From NCBI GenBank assembly GCA_021848765.1, contig JAJZTU010000002.1, positions 1-49,831 on the forward strand: a stretch of 49,831 nucleotides of DNA. Direction: 5' to 3'. How positions within the stretch are numbered: position 1 is the stretch's first letter; every line of letters begins with the position of its first letter. The notes beneath the pieces were generated by a model. The model had not been told where the DNA came from. It saw nothing but the letters and a program-made list of their open reading frames with translations, and did not search any database. This stretch comes from Bacillota bacterium. Lineage in GTDB: Bacteria; Bacillota; GCA-003054495; Carboxydocellales; JAJZTU01. Shown piece by piece: positions 27,320 to 36,795 of the stretch. The position numbers and the translations under genes are program-made.

Positions 27320-27380
27320 TGTATTCACCCCTCTACTCATACCCGTCATCTAAACTCACCTTGCACCCTGCCCTCACCCG

Positions 27381-28835
27381 CTACCCGATACGTTCAATAC
27401 TTCCTCTCATCAGTGCAATAATTTCAACAAGTGTTTCTTTGTTTCCTACATTGCCGGGAAAGACAACATAAGGCATTCCCGGAAACTTCGTTTCCTGACC
27501 TAATAACCAGACCGGAATTCCCGGATAAACCTGCCCCAGTACTTTGGCAGCTTTAACTCCCAGGCCGCTTGTTGCCACATCGTTGGAAGTTATACCGCCT
27601 TTAGCTACTAAAAACCGGGGTTGCACTTCTAACCCCTGCACAATCTTAACCAAGGATGCGGACACTTTATTACCTACCGACAAGTTTCCTTCTTTGCTCG
27701 AGTGGGTAACAAGCTGCCGGCTGGTATAAACCATAACATCATTTCCTTGCCTGATCAGGTCATTAACCTTGGCGCTCACTCTCTCGATTTCTTCATCTCT
27801 TGTCGTAGGCTCCAAAATTTTAAGTACATCGACTTCAATTGCCCGTAAACCGGGCAGCTTTATAGCTGCCTCTATCTGGCTGCTGGTCTTGCCTACATAA
27901 GAGCCAACCACAACCAATCCGCCTAAATTTTCAGATCCGGGGATAGATAATTCCTGATGGTTTAGAAGAGACCGGCTGGAAATGCCGCCACGCACTTTTA
28001 CGAAAGAAGCGCTCGATCTAACTATAAAGCGTTTTCCTTGGGCCTCTGCATCTAATAGACCTAAAACGAACACTTCCAGATCTCTATAGGAAGCGCTGTT
28101 GACAACAATAGTTTTTCCACCGGTTACCCGGGCCAGCTTTTGAGCTACCAGTCGGGGGCCTCCGGTCCTAATCTCAGAAACGCCAATACTGATAACATCC
28201 CTGACCGCAATCCTGCCACCGGTCTTTTCTTCTATATATAAGCCCAAATTGGAATTACGATAGCCAAATACACTATCCCGGGCAAACTCTGTCTCAGCTG
28301 CAGGAATCAAAAACTTGCCGTCTTGTACAAAATGAGTGTCGCCAATTGTATATCTTCCGCCCTCCAAAAAAACGGGAACCAGGATTTGCCCGGCAAATAT
28401 TAATCCTTTTTCACCTAAAACCTCTTCGAGGACCTCCACCTCATCGGGGAAATGCCCCCGTAAGGTGGAGTCCCCACGGCTGATCACTGTAAATTCGCAA
28501 CCCAGTTCACTGGCAGCTTGACAGAGATTGTTGGCGATTTCAGCGTTGATTTCTCTGGCCTTTTCCCTCGGAAGGCTGCGAGTGTTAGTCAGGATGAAAA
28601 AGAGATCTTCTTCACTTCCCAGGGAGTTTTTCAATTCTTCCACAGTCCAACTTGTTCTGACAAAAATCCCGTGGACAGTTTGAGAACCGGTCGGGTCATC
28701 GTCTAAAACGACAACCTTCCTTTTCAACTCTTTTACATTCTGCTGGATCTTAAACAGCAAATTACTGTCAGGCCATTCAGGCGGCAGTTCCCCAAACAGC
28801 TCCTCTTTAACCAGCACGCCGCTACTTTCTTTCAT
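27381..28835 (-). CDS. DUF1537 four-carbon acid-sugar kinase family protein (OtnK/DtnK-like)
   Basis: 484 aa. The N-domain has VVVLDDDPTGSQT and SRGDSTLRGH. The C-domain has KGGITSNDV and VFPGNVG. These are typical of the DUF1537 kinase family. Confidence 0.85.
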   Translation of the reverse strand: MKESSGVLVKEELFGELPPEWPDSNLLFKIQQNVKELKRKVVVLDDDPTGSQTVHGIFVRTSWTVEELKNSLGSEEDLFFILTNTRSLPREKAREINAEIANNLCQAASELGCEFTVISRGDSTLRGHFPDEVEVLEEVLGEKGLIFAGQILVPVFLEGGRYTIGDTHFVQDGKFLIPAAETEFARDSVFGYRNSNLGLYIEEKTGGRIAVRDVISIGVSEIRTGGPRLVAQKLARVTGGKTIVVNSASYRDLEVFVLGLLDAEAQGKRFIVRSSASFVKVRGGISSRSLLNHQELSIPGSENLGGLVVVGSYVGKTSSQIEAAIKLPGLRAIEVDVLKILEPTTRDEEIERVSAKVNDLIRQGNDVMVYTSRQLVTHSSKEGNLSVGNKVSASLVKIVQGLEVQPRFLVAKGGITSNDVATSGLGVKAAKVLGQVYPGIPVWLLGQETKFPGMPYVVFPGNVGNKETLVEIIALMRGSIERIG

Positions 28836-28866
28836 TTCACCACCTCATTTGCTGCCTGGACTTTGC

Positions 28867-29808
28867 CTACTTCTTGGCTGAAATCACTTCTTTCACGGCT
28901 TTGATGATATTTTCTCTGGTTAAACCAAGAGCTTCATGCAGTTCCGGCATTTTTGCGGACAGGCCAAATCTATCCTGGACACCAACCATCCTTACAGGTA
29001 CCGGGAGATTCTGGGCCAAAAGCTCCGCTACAGCGCCGCCAAGACCCCCGATTACCGTATGTTCTTCAGCTGTCACCACCGCTCCGGTCCTGGAAGCAGC
29101 CTCAAGAATACAACTGCTGTCCAGAGGTTTTATAGTATGCACATTAATAACGTCAACAGAAATCCCTTCAGCCTTTAATTCTTCCGCAGCTTCCAATGCC
29201 TTGGAAAGCATCACTCCACAGGCTAAAATGCTTGCATCTTTACCCTCAAGATACACATTAGCCTTTCCAATCACAAACCGGCCTGCTTCCCGGTTAACTA
29301 TCGGAGTAGGCATCCGGCCAACCCGCAGATAGGCAGGTCCTTCATGTTCTCCTAATGCCCGGACTGCCTTTGCCATTTCAACCCCGTCAGCAGGCTCAAT
29401 TACTGTCATCCTTGGCAATGCTCTCATCAGAGTAATATCTTCCAGCGGAAGATGAGTCGGCCCCTCCTGGCCGGGTGATGTGCCGGAATTATGTCCGATA
29501 ACCTTTACATTAAGATTGGCATAACAAACTGAAATTCTTATTTGATCCCAGGCTCTCCCGGTCAAAAAGTTGGCATAGGCATTAACAAAAGGAGTTTTAC
29601 CTGCCAGGGCCAAGCCCGCTCCTGTCCCAACCAGGTCCGCCTCCGCAATTCCTAGATTAAAAAACCTGTGGGGAAACTCTTTTTGAAACAATGAGGTCAT
29701 GGTGGCTTTCGAACAATCCGCATCAAGTACAAGAATGTCTTCGTTTTCCGCCCCCAATTGAACCAGAGCTTTGCCAAAGGCTTCCCGTGGCGCCAGAGTT
29801 TTGCTCAT
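28867..29808 (-). CDS. transketolase, C-terminal (pyrimidine-binding) subunit
   Basis: 313 aa starting REAFGKALVQLG, with FNLGIAEADLVG and a C-terminal transketolase domain. It starts 1 nt after the N-subunit stop. Confidence 0.92.
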   Translation of the reverse strand: MSKTLAPREAFGKALVQLGAENEDILVLDADCSKATMTSLFQKEFPHRFFNLGIAEADLVGTGAGLALAGKTPFVNAYANFLTGRAWDQIRISVCYANLNVKVIGHNSGTSPGQEGPTHLPLEDITLMRALPRMTVIEPADGVEMAKAVRALGEHEGPAYLRVGRMPTPIVNREAGRFVIGKANVYLEGKDASILACGVMLSKALEAAEELKAEGISVDVINVHTIKPLDSSCILEAASRTGAVVTAEEHTVIGGLGGAVAELLAQNLPVPVRMVGVQDRFGLSAKMPELHEALGLTRENIIKAVKEVISAKK

Positions 29809-29809
29809 T

Positions 29810-30637
29810 CTATCTCAACTCCTTCAATGCAATTTCTAACTGTTCATCATTGGGTGCAACACCGTGCCAACCCACTTGATTTTCCATAAACGATACACCT
29901 TTACCCTTTACGGTATGGGCCAAAATCACAGTGGGCCTCCCCTTGACCTCCTTAGCTTTTTCGAATGAGTTATAGATTTCCTGCAGATGATGACCGTCTA
30001 TTTCAATGGCATTCCAACCAAAGGCCTCCCACTTGGCACGCAGGCTGCCCAAGGTTTTTACTTCATCAACCGGTCCATCCAACTGCAAACGGTTATAATC
30101 TACTATCGCACAAACATTATCCAGTTTATAGTGAGCTGAGGTCATGGCTGCCTCCCATACCTGACCTTCCTGGATCTCACCGTCTCCCAGGAGAACATAT
30201 GCCCTTTGCTCTGTGCCTTTTAACCTGGCCGCAAGAGCAACCCCATTGGCAATAGACAAACCTTGCCCTAGAGACCCTGAAGAAATATCTACGCCGGGGG
30301 TACACTCACTGCTTGGATGCCCGTGTAAACGGCTGCCTGCCTGGCGTAAAGTCATTAATTCCTCTGCCGGAAAAAAACCTCTCTCTGCAAGAGCAGCGTA
30401 CAATACAGGTGCAGCATGGCCCTTAGATAGAAAAAAGTAATCGCGCCTGTCCCAATCCGGATTTTCAGGGTCAACTCGCATTATCTTCATATAAAGGACT
30501 GCCATCACTTCCACTGCAGACAAAGAACCCCCCGGATGACCACTTCCGGCTTTATTGGTTGTCGTTAAAATCCACTGTCTCATCCTCTTGCAGTTGTCAG
30601 CCAGTTCGTGTAACTGAGGTTCAACAAATTGCACCAT
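29810..30637 (-). CDS. transketolase, N-terminal (ThDP-binding) subunit
   Basis: 275 aa with GSGHPGGSLS, KGHAAP, GSLGQGLS and GDGEIQEGQVWEA, which are the ThDP/Mg motifs. Confidence 0.92.
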   Translation of the reverse strand: MVQFVEPQLHELADNCKRMRQWILTTTNKAGSGHPGGSLSAVEVMAVLYMKIMRVDPENPDWDRRDYFFLSKGHAAPVLYAALAERGFFPAEELMTLRQAGSRLHGHPSSECTPGVDISSGSLGQGLSIANGVALAARLKGTEQRAYVLLGDGEIQEGQVWEAAMTSAHYKLDNVCAIVDYNRLQLDGPVDEVKTLGSLRAKWEAFGWNAIEIDGHHLQEIYNSFEKAKEVKGRPTVILAHTVKGKGVSFMENQVGWHGVAPNDEQLEIALKELR

Positions 30638-30699
30638 TTTTTACCTCCCAGTTATCAAAATTTTCATGTCAGTTAAGACCTCGGCCCTTGATCTATTTT

Positions 30700-31941
30700 T
30701 TACCGGTAAGCCTGAGCTAACAAATCAGCTATATGAACCACTTTTTGTTCCTTTCCCGCAAGCCTCAAGGACCCCTGAATTCTATGCTGGCAGGCCGGGC
30801 AGCTGGTCACTACCAATTCAGCATTGGTCTCTTCAATATTCCGGACCTTCTGGGCCGAAATATCCTTGGCAATATCATGGAAATAAGCCTGGAAGAGTCC
30901 GGAGGCGCCACAGCAACGGCTGGCTTCCGCCATCTCCACAAATTGTATACCTGGAATACTTTTTAGAATTTTTCGAGGCTGTTCGGTAATTCCTTGACCA
31001 CGGACCATATGACAGGGGTCATGGTAGGTAACTCTTGCAGGATTTGGTAAGAGTGTGACCGTATCCAGCTCAAAGTTGTCCAATAAAAACTCCGAAAAAT
31101 CAAAAACCTTTTGACAAAACTCCTTTACCTTGGGCAGGAAGTTTGGCTCATCGGCAAAAAGTTCTGGATAATGCTCCTTTAACATGGATCCACAGGACGC
31201 ACAGGCTGTAATTACGGCATCCACACCATAGTTTTCGAACAGTAGAATATTTGTGCGCGCTACTTCCTTGGCAGTTTCAAATTCCCCGTACGAAAACATG
31301 GGAGTTCCGCAACAAACCTGCTGTTTGGGTACTATTACCTCACATTGGTTACTGTTTAGAACCTTAATAACAGAGTGCCCTGTACCGTCCATAGTGTGAT
31401 TCATCATACACCCTACAAAGAATGCTACGCGTTTAACCGGATTCTGAACAGCGTTAAATTCGGGAACCTGATCGGTAAATTTTTCACTGGCAACCGGTAG
31501 ACCTTTAACATCAATTCCCCGGAATTCTGCAAATCCTCCGAGACGATTTAGAATGGTCCTGCGGAAACCGTCAAAAAATTTAAACGCTAACTCCAAATTC
31601 CCCGGTTTAGGAAAGACCCACTTTAACCCTACAGCTTTGCTAAAAGGTAACCCTTGTTTCAGTTTCAGATCTCGCCGTGCAGCTAAAATCAGCTTGTGGG
31701 CTTTAACTCCACTGGGACAGGAAACTGCACATTCACCACACAACAAACAGCTATTAATGGCATTTTCATAGGCCTCATCAATCTCGAGTTCCCCGTCAGC
31801 TACAGCTTTGATTAATCTGACCCTTCCCCTTGGAACATATACCTCACTTAAATGGGTTTTGTAAACTTTACAAGCGGTATGACAGAAACCACACCTGGCA
31901 CAGGTGTTAAGCGCTTCATAAACTTCATCGAGAACCCCCAT
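30700..31941 (-). CDS. Fe-S oxidoreductase, GlcF/HdrD-like (two 4Fe-4S motifs plus two CCG domains)
   Basis: It has CARCGFCHTAC and CLLCGECAVSCP ferredoxin motifs, plus VCCGTP and RCCGASG CCG motifs. At 413 aa its size matches GlcF. Confidence 0.85.
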   Translation of the reverse strand: MGVLDEVYEALNTCARCGFCHTACKVYKTHLSEVYVPRGRVRLIKAVADGELEIDEAYENAINSCLLCGECAVSCPSGVKAHKLILAARRDLKLKQGLPFSKAVGLKWVFPKPGNLELAFKFFDGFRRTILNRLGGFAEFRGIDVKGLPVASEKFTDQVPEFNAVQNPVKRVAFFVGCMMNHTMDGTGHSVIKVLNSNQCEVIVPKQQVCCGTPMFSYGEFETAKEVARTNILLFENYGVDAVITACASCGSMLKEHYPELFADEPNFLPKVKEFCQKVFDFSEFLLDNFELDTVTLLPNPARVTYHDPCHMVRGQGITEQPRKILKSIPGIQFVEMAEASRCCGASGLFQAYFHDIAKDISAQKVRNIEETNAELVVTSCPACQHRIQGSLRLAGKEQKVVHIADLLAQAYR

Positions 31942-32010
31942 CTAACCCCCCCTCCTTTACCCCAGGGCCCTTCAGCCCTGGGGAAATATTTAAACGCTAT
32001 GAAATTGGTC

Positions 32011-32925
32011 CTAAAGTCTGGCCCAAGCCTCCCGTAGAGTGCGTTTGGCATTGGCGATTATTAAATCAGGTTCTTCACCTTGCATTGGCCTCACTTCGAA
32101 GGCCACTACTCTGGGATCATTGTCACGCAAATATCCGATATCCAGTAAAACCTTCAAGAATTCAGTCAGTTCAGGCACATCAACATCTCCTTCAGCAATA
32201 CCAAAACGGGGATGCTGATCACCGTAAGCCGGATGATTGTTATGCTTTGTAATACAGTTGCCGATATGAACGTGTACTAAATGATCTTTGGCAATGGTCA
32301 GGCTTTCCCGCGCTGTTTCCCTCTGCTGCGGCAAATGACTTAAGTCAATCATTAAGCCAAAATTTGAACAGACTTTCTTGACCCCTTCAGCTACTTTAAC
32401 AGCATCCCCGGTGGAACCAATAAGGCAGCATTTGTCCACGTCCCGGTCAAAGACTTCCAGAATTATGCCCAGACCAAATTTTTCTTGGGCATAACTACAA
32501 ATGTCTGTTAAAGAAGCGACCAACAATTCAAGGGCAGCCGGTCTTTGTAGATCTCCCGGGTCACGGCCGCTTAGAAGGGCGAGATTTTTAGCCCCTACCT
32601 GGTATGCCTGTTCCAGCAGCTCTTTAATCCTGGTTACTGCGTTAGACCTTTCCTGGGCATCAAAAGAATTAAGATTCAACTTGTTGCCTAACTGTACGGG
32701 CTGAGCTCCAAATCCAACGGCTAAACGGGAGTGGTGTAAAATTGTGCCTGCTTTGCCTCTGATTTCCGGATCGTTAATCCTGGTTACTTCTATGGCCCCG
32801 AAAAAGTCGTCAGTGGCAATTTTGCTTATAGTTTCAATAATCGGGCCATCACCGCCAATTGTAGCAGGGTAGGCCATAAATTGAACAATTCCAACCTTCA
32901 TCATGGAATGAAGATCTTTCAGCAT
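32011..32925 (-). CDS. xylose-isomerase-like TIM-barrel protein (sugar phosphate isomerase/epimerase; Hyi/OtnI/IolE-like)
   Basis: 304 aa. The metal-ligand pattern ...LEVF.., DLSH, HVHIGN, FEV is typical of the AP_endonuc_2 fold. A strong SD (AGGAGGG) precedes it. Confidence 0.8.
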   Translation of the reverse strand: MLKDLHSMMKVGIVQFMAYPATIGGDGPIIETISKIATDDFFGAIEVTRINDPEIRGKAGTILHHSRLAVGFGAQPVQLGNKLNLNSFDAQERSNAVTRIKELLEQAYQVGAKNLALLSGRDPGDLQRPAALELLVASLTDICSYAQEKFGLGIILEVFDRDVDKCCLIGSTGDAVKVAEGVKKVCSNFGLMIDLSHLPQQRETARESLTIAKDHLVHVHIGNCITKHNNHPAYGDQHPRFGIAEGDVDVPELTEFLKVLLDIGYLRDNDPRVVAFEVRPMQGEEPDLIIANAKRTLREAWARL

Positions 32926-32951
32926 CCGGATACCCTCCTATTGTTATTACT

Positions 32952-34724
32952 TTAGACGGTTTCCTTTACACCTTTAATAGTGCCGTCTCTGGATACTGAA
33001 CAGACAGCCAGAGGATCTACCAGCACTTCAATTAAATACGGACGTTCCAAGGCAAAAGCCCTGTCCAGGGCTTCCCGGATTTGTTCTGGTTTTTCTACCA
33101 GTTCTGCACCCACACCCATTGATTTAGCCAGGGCCACAAAATCAATCCCCCGGTTATGACCCATTTCTGCATTTTCATAATCCAGCTCAGTGGATATCCA
33201 CCGCTCGTTGAAGAATAAGTTTTGCTGCTGGCGGATTAAGCCGAGGAGTGAGTTGTTAAGCAGGAATACTACAACAGGGATATTATGCTTAGCTGCCGTA
33301 GCAAGGTCCTGAAGAGACATCCCTAAACTGCCATCGCCCAGCAGATTTACACATTGCACCTCAGGTTTGGCCAATTTTGCTGCCATGGCTGCACCAAGAC
33401 CCCAACCCATAGTTCCTGCCCGGCCGGTTATTAAATATGTTCTAGGCTCATAAGAATCAAACAATTGGGAAGACCAAATCTGGCTAATACCGCAATCATG
33501 GGTAACAATGGCATTTCTCTTCAAGTGTTTCCGCAACTCAGCGATAGCCTGTTGGGGTTTCATCGGGATGGTGTCAAACTCGGTCTGCCGTGCCAATTTA
33601 GGCTTGTCCTCCCCTAAGATTCTGATTCTTTCTTCTGCCTTGTCGTCAGGCTGAAAATTATTGCTCTTTATTACTGCATTCAGTTTTTGTAAAAACCCTT
33701 TTAAGTCAGCGGCTATCCCCAATTCGGTTGGAACCTGGCGGCCTATTTCCTGTTCGTCAAAGTTGACATGAATGATTTTACGTCCTTCTTTAAATACACC
33801 TACACTACCGGTGCCCCGGTCACCAAAACGCCCGCCCAAGCAAATAACCAAGTCAGACTCCAGAATTGTTTTATTGCCAAGGGGTGTCTGACAGATGGTA
33901 CCCATCATACCTGCAAATAACTCGTGATCATTCGGGAAACAGTCTTTGCCCATCAGTGTGCAAACCACCGGAATCCGAAGAGTCTCCGCCAAAGTCATCA
34001 ACTCAGAAGTTGAGTCAGACAATACCACTCCACCCCCCACCAATAAGACAGGGCGCTCCGCTGCTTTGAGCATCTCAAAAGCCTTCTGCACTTCTTTATC
34101 GGTAGCCTGAGGCAGAACTTCCGGCTCCTCTGCGACTAATTCACTGAGATCGACTTCAACCATTCCCTTCTGTACATCAAGAGGCAGGTCAATTAACACC
34201 GGACCTTTACGACCGGTGGTAGCTGTCCGCCAAGCTTCTTTGATAATTTTGGGCAACTCCTCAGCTTTTTCTACCAGGTAAGCTGCTTTAGTAACCGGCT
34301 TAGCCATTTCTGTAATGGGAGCTTCCTGGAATGCATCTTTACCTACGAAGGCAAAAGGTACTTGGCCTGTGAAAGCAAGCAACGGTACAGAATCTACATA
34401 TGCGCTGTAAAGTCCGGTTAAAAAGTTAGTGGCAGCGGGTCCTGATGTACAGGCACAAACCCCAACTTTCCCGGTAACTCTGGAATATCCGTCAGCCATA
34501 AAAATTGCCATTTGTTCGTGACGAACTACATAAGAGTGAATCTTGTCACTGTCCAAAACCGCATCATAAAAAGGCAGTATGGCAGCACCTGGGATTCCGT
34601 ATAATTGAGTAACCCCTTTCTGTTCTAAAAAATAAACAAGTACCTGTGCTGCTGTCATCTTTTGCGTAATCGCTTCTTGCTGCAGATTTGTTTCCCCTTC
34701 TTTTTCTGTTCCCCAAAGAGCCAT
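32952..34724 (-). CDS. thiamine-diphosphate enzyme of the acetolactate synthase / glyoxylate carboligase family
   Basis: 590 aa with GIPGAAILPFYDA, RHEQMAIFMADGYSR, TSGPAATN and a C-terminal GDGS...NN ThDP motif (LLGDGSLGMSL...LNNS). A strong SD (AAGGAGGAG) precedes it. Confidence 0.88.
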   Translation of the reverse strand: MALWGTEKEGETNLQQEAITQKMTAAQVLVYFLEQKGVTQLYGIPGAAILPFYDAVLDSDKIHSYVVRHEQMAIFMADGYSRVTGKVGVCACTSGPAATNFLTGLYSAYVDSVPLLAFTGQVPFAFVGKDAFQEAPITEMAKPVTKAAYLVEKAEELPKIIKEAWRTATTGRKGPVLIDLPLDVQKGMVEVDLSELVAEEPEVLPQATDKEVQKAFEMLKAAERPVLLVGGGVVLSDSTSELMTLAETLRIPVVCTLMGKDCFPNDHELFAGMMGTICQTPLGNKTILESDLVICLGGRFGDRGTGSVGVFKEGRKIIHVNFDEQEIGRQVPTELGIAADLKGFLQKLNAVIKSNNFQPDDKAEERIRILGEDKPKLARQTEFDTIPMKPQQAIAELRKHLKRNAIVTHDCGISQIWSSQLFDSYEPRTYLITGRAGTMGWGLGAAMAAKLAKPEVQCVNLLGDGSLGMSLQDLATAAKHNIPVVVFLLNNSLLGLIRQQQNLFFNERWISTELDYENAEMGHNRGIDFVALAKSMGVGAELVEKPEQIREALDRAFALERPYLIEVLVDPLAVCSVSRDGTIKGVKETV

Positions 34725-34775
34725 TTCTTCTCCTCCTTAAAATTAATGATTCTATCCTTTTACTCAAACCATAGA

Positions 34776-36137
34776 TTAATGGGAAATATCCTCCAGCGCC
34801 CTTCCTTTGGTCTCTTCCCCCAGAACCAGTACCACCAGGGCAGCGATTATAAAGGAGGCAGCACCCAGGGCAAAGACTCCGGATTGGCCGGCCTTTGGTA
34901 ATACAAGAGCTACAATATATGGACCTAAAAGCGAACCCAGACGACCGATTGAAGAAGCCATCCCTGCCCCCGTGGCCCTGGCCCGGGTAGGATAAAGTTC
35001 GGGAGTATAAGCGTATAAGACAGACCACATACCAAACATAAAAAACTGCATACATAAACCGTAAGTAACGAGGGCGGTTACATTAGCGGCTGTACCGTAG
35101 AAATAGGCAGCAGTTGCGGAACCGAGCAGCATGATTGCAGCAGAAGGTTTACGGCCAAGGGCTTCAACCAGATAAGCTGCTGTAAAGAACCCAGGTACAC
35201 CTGCCAGAGAAATAGTCAGAGTATAGAACACTGATTTAGTTACTGAGTAGCCGGCCTGCTGCAGAAAGGCACCCAGCCAAGTGGTTAGGCCATAATAACC
35301 CAGCAGGGCAAAAAACCATAAGGACCAGACCATAATTGTCCGCTTAACGTACCCAGGTGACCACAGGTCCAGGAAGGAAAACTTTCGCTCACCTGAATCG
35401 ACAACATTAGGTACCTTCACCGGAGGGGGTAACTCCTTAAGACCCGAAGCTGTTTGCACTTTTTCTTCGAAAGCGGTCATTACTTTATCGGCTTCTTGAT
35501 TACGGCCAACGCTTTCCAGCCAGCGAGGTGACTCCGGAACAAACCTGCGAATAATCAGTACAAAAATCGCGGGAATACCCTCGGCTAAAAATACCCAGCG
35601 CCAACCACCGACGGGCAGAATAAAGTAAGCCAGCAAACCAGCCCCGAGAAAACCAAGAGGCCAAAAACCTTCTAATAAGGCAATGTAGCGACCGCGTTTA
35701 GAGGCAGGGATAAATTCAGATATTAAAGACTGGCCAATCGGGAATTCCATTCCCATTCCAAAACCTAACAAAATCCGGAAAATTGCCAGTTGAGTTGGTG
35801 TTTGAGCCGCAGCGCAAAGGAAACTGGCCAAGCCCCATAATACCATACTCCACTGAAAGACAACTTTACGACCGAAGCGGTCGGCCAGCATGCCGGATAT
35901 ACCGGCACCTAAAAACATCCCCAAAAAACTGGCACTGGATAAAAGGCCGGCCTGGACAGCAGTTAGCTTAAAAAATGTCTTGAGAGAACCTAAAACGAAG
36001 GTCAGCATAGCCAGATCCACGGAATCGAAGAACCATGCAGTAGCAATAATCAAGAATATTTTATTTTGGTAGGAGCTTAGAGGCAATCGTTCCAGCCTTT
36101 GGGGAATGCCGACATGTTGATTTAACTGTACAGACAT
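34776..36137 (-). CDS. MFS transporter (Sugar_tr/metabolite:H+ symporter type)
   Basis: 12-TM profile with GMLADRFGRK and PESPRWL motifs. The start is at ATG 36137 (SD AAGGGAG) or ATG 36143. Confidence 0.9.
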   Translation of the reverse strand: MSVQLNQHVGIPQRLERLPLSSYQNKIFLIIATAWFFDSVDLAMLTFVLGSLKTFFKLTAVQAGLLSSASFLGMFLGAGISGMLADRFGRKVVFQWSMVLWGLASFLCAAAQTPTQLAIFRILLGFGMGMEFPIGQSLISEFIPASKRGRYIALLEGFWPLGFLGAGLLAYFILPVGGWRWVFLAEGIPAIFVLIIRRFVPESPRWLESVGRNQEADKVMTAFEEKVQTASGLKELPPPVKVPNVVDSGERKFSFLDLWSPGYVKRTIMVWSLWFFALLGYYGLTTWLGAFLQQAGYSVTKSVFYTLTISLAGVPGFFTAAYLVEALGRKPSAAIMLLGSATAAYFYGTAANVTALVTYGLCMQFFMFGMWSVLYAYTPELYPTRARATGAGMASSIGRLGSLLGPYIVALVLPKAGQSGVFALGAASFIIAALVVLVLGEETKGRALEDISH

Positions 36138-36151
36138 ATTCATTCTCCCTT

Positions 36152-36793
36152 CTACTTTGCAACCAGTAATACATTAGCTTTGGAAACAGCATCCCCGGCA
36201 TCGGGTGAAAAGAAGTCTGCGCCGATAGAATCAGCAAATTTCTGGGTAACCGGGGCACCGCCCACACCTATAAATACGCTCTCGCGCAAACCGCTATCCG
36301 CAATAACCTTGATGGTTTTGCCCATAACCTCCATGGTCGTAGTGAGCAATGCACTCATCAACACAAAGTCAGGACTATGCTCCTTAATTGCTTGGACAAA
36401 GTTTTCCGGCGATACATTAATGCCAATATCCACTATCTCGTAACCGCCACCCTCCATCATCATGCACACCAGATTTTTGCCAATGTCGTGCAAATCTCCC
36501 TGAACAGTTCCAATAACCGCTTTACCTTTAGTTGCAGCATTCTGGCCGGCCAACAGCGGTTTGATGATGTTAAGACCGGCGTACATTGCCCGAGCGCCGA
36601 TCATCATTTCAGAAATAAAGAATTCACCTTTCTGGAACTTTTCACCCACAGTGCTCATGGCAGGGATTAATCCTTCATTGAGAATAGCCTGTGGTGTTAT
36701 ACCCGAATCCAGAGCGGCTTGAGTCAGTTCATCTACTTTTGCCTGTTGTCCATTTATTACAGCTTCTTGAATTTCAATTAATAAATTTGACAT
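36152..36793 (-). CDS. corrinoid (B12-binding) methyl-carrier protein, MtvC/MtaC/MtgC-like
   Basis: 213 aa. An N-terminal helical cap precedes a Rossmann B12 domain with DxHxxG (GDLHDIGKN), SALLTTT and GGAPV. The ATG at 36793 follows GGAGGGA and lies 2 nt after the upstream stop. Confidence 0.9.
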   Translation of the reverse strand: MSNLLIEIQEAVINGQQAKVDELTQAALDSGITPQAILNEGLIPAMSTVGEKFQKGEFFISEMMIGARAMYAGLNIIKPLLAGQNAATKGKAVIGTVQGDLHDIGKNLVCMMMEGGGYEIVDIGINVSPENFVQAIKEHSPDFVLMSALLTTTMEVMGKTIKVIADSGLRESVFIGVGGAPVTQKFADSIGADFFSPDAGDAVSKANVLLVAK

Positions 36794-36795
36794 CT

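Noticed and set aside
34564-35055. 163-aa minus-strand ORF spanning the ThDP-enzyme start and the MFS gene end
   Set aside because: It is out of frame with and overlaps two strongly supported genes. The product is Arg/Cys/Gly-rich with no recognisable domain.
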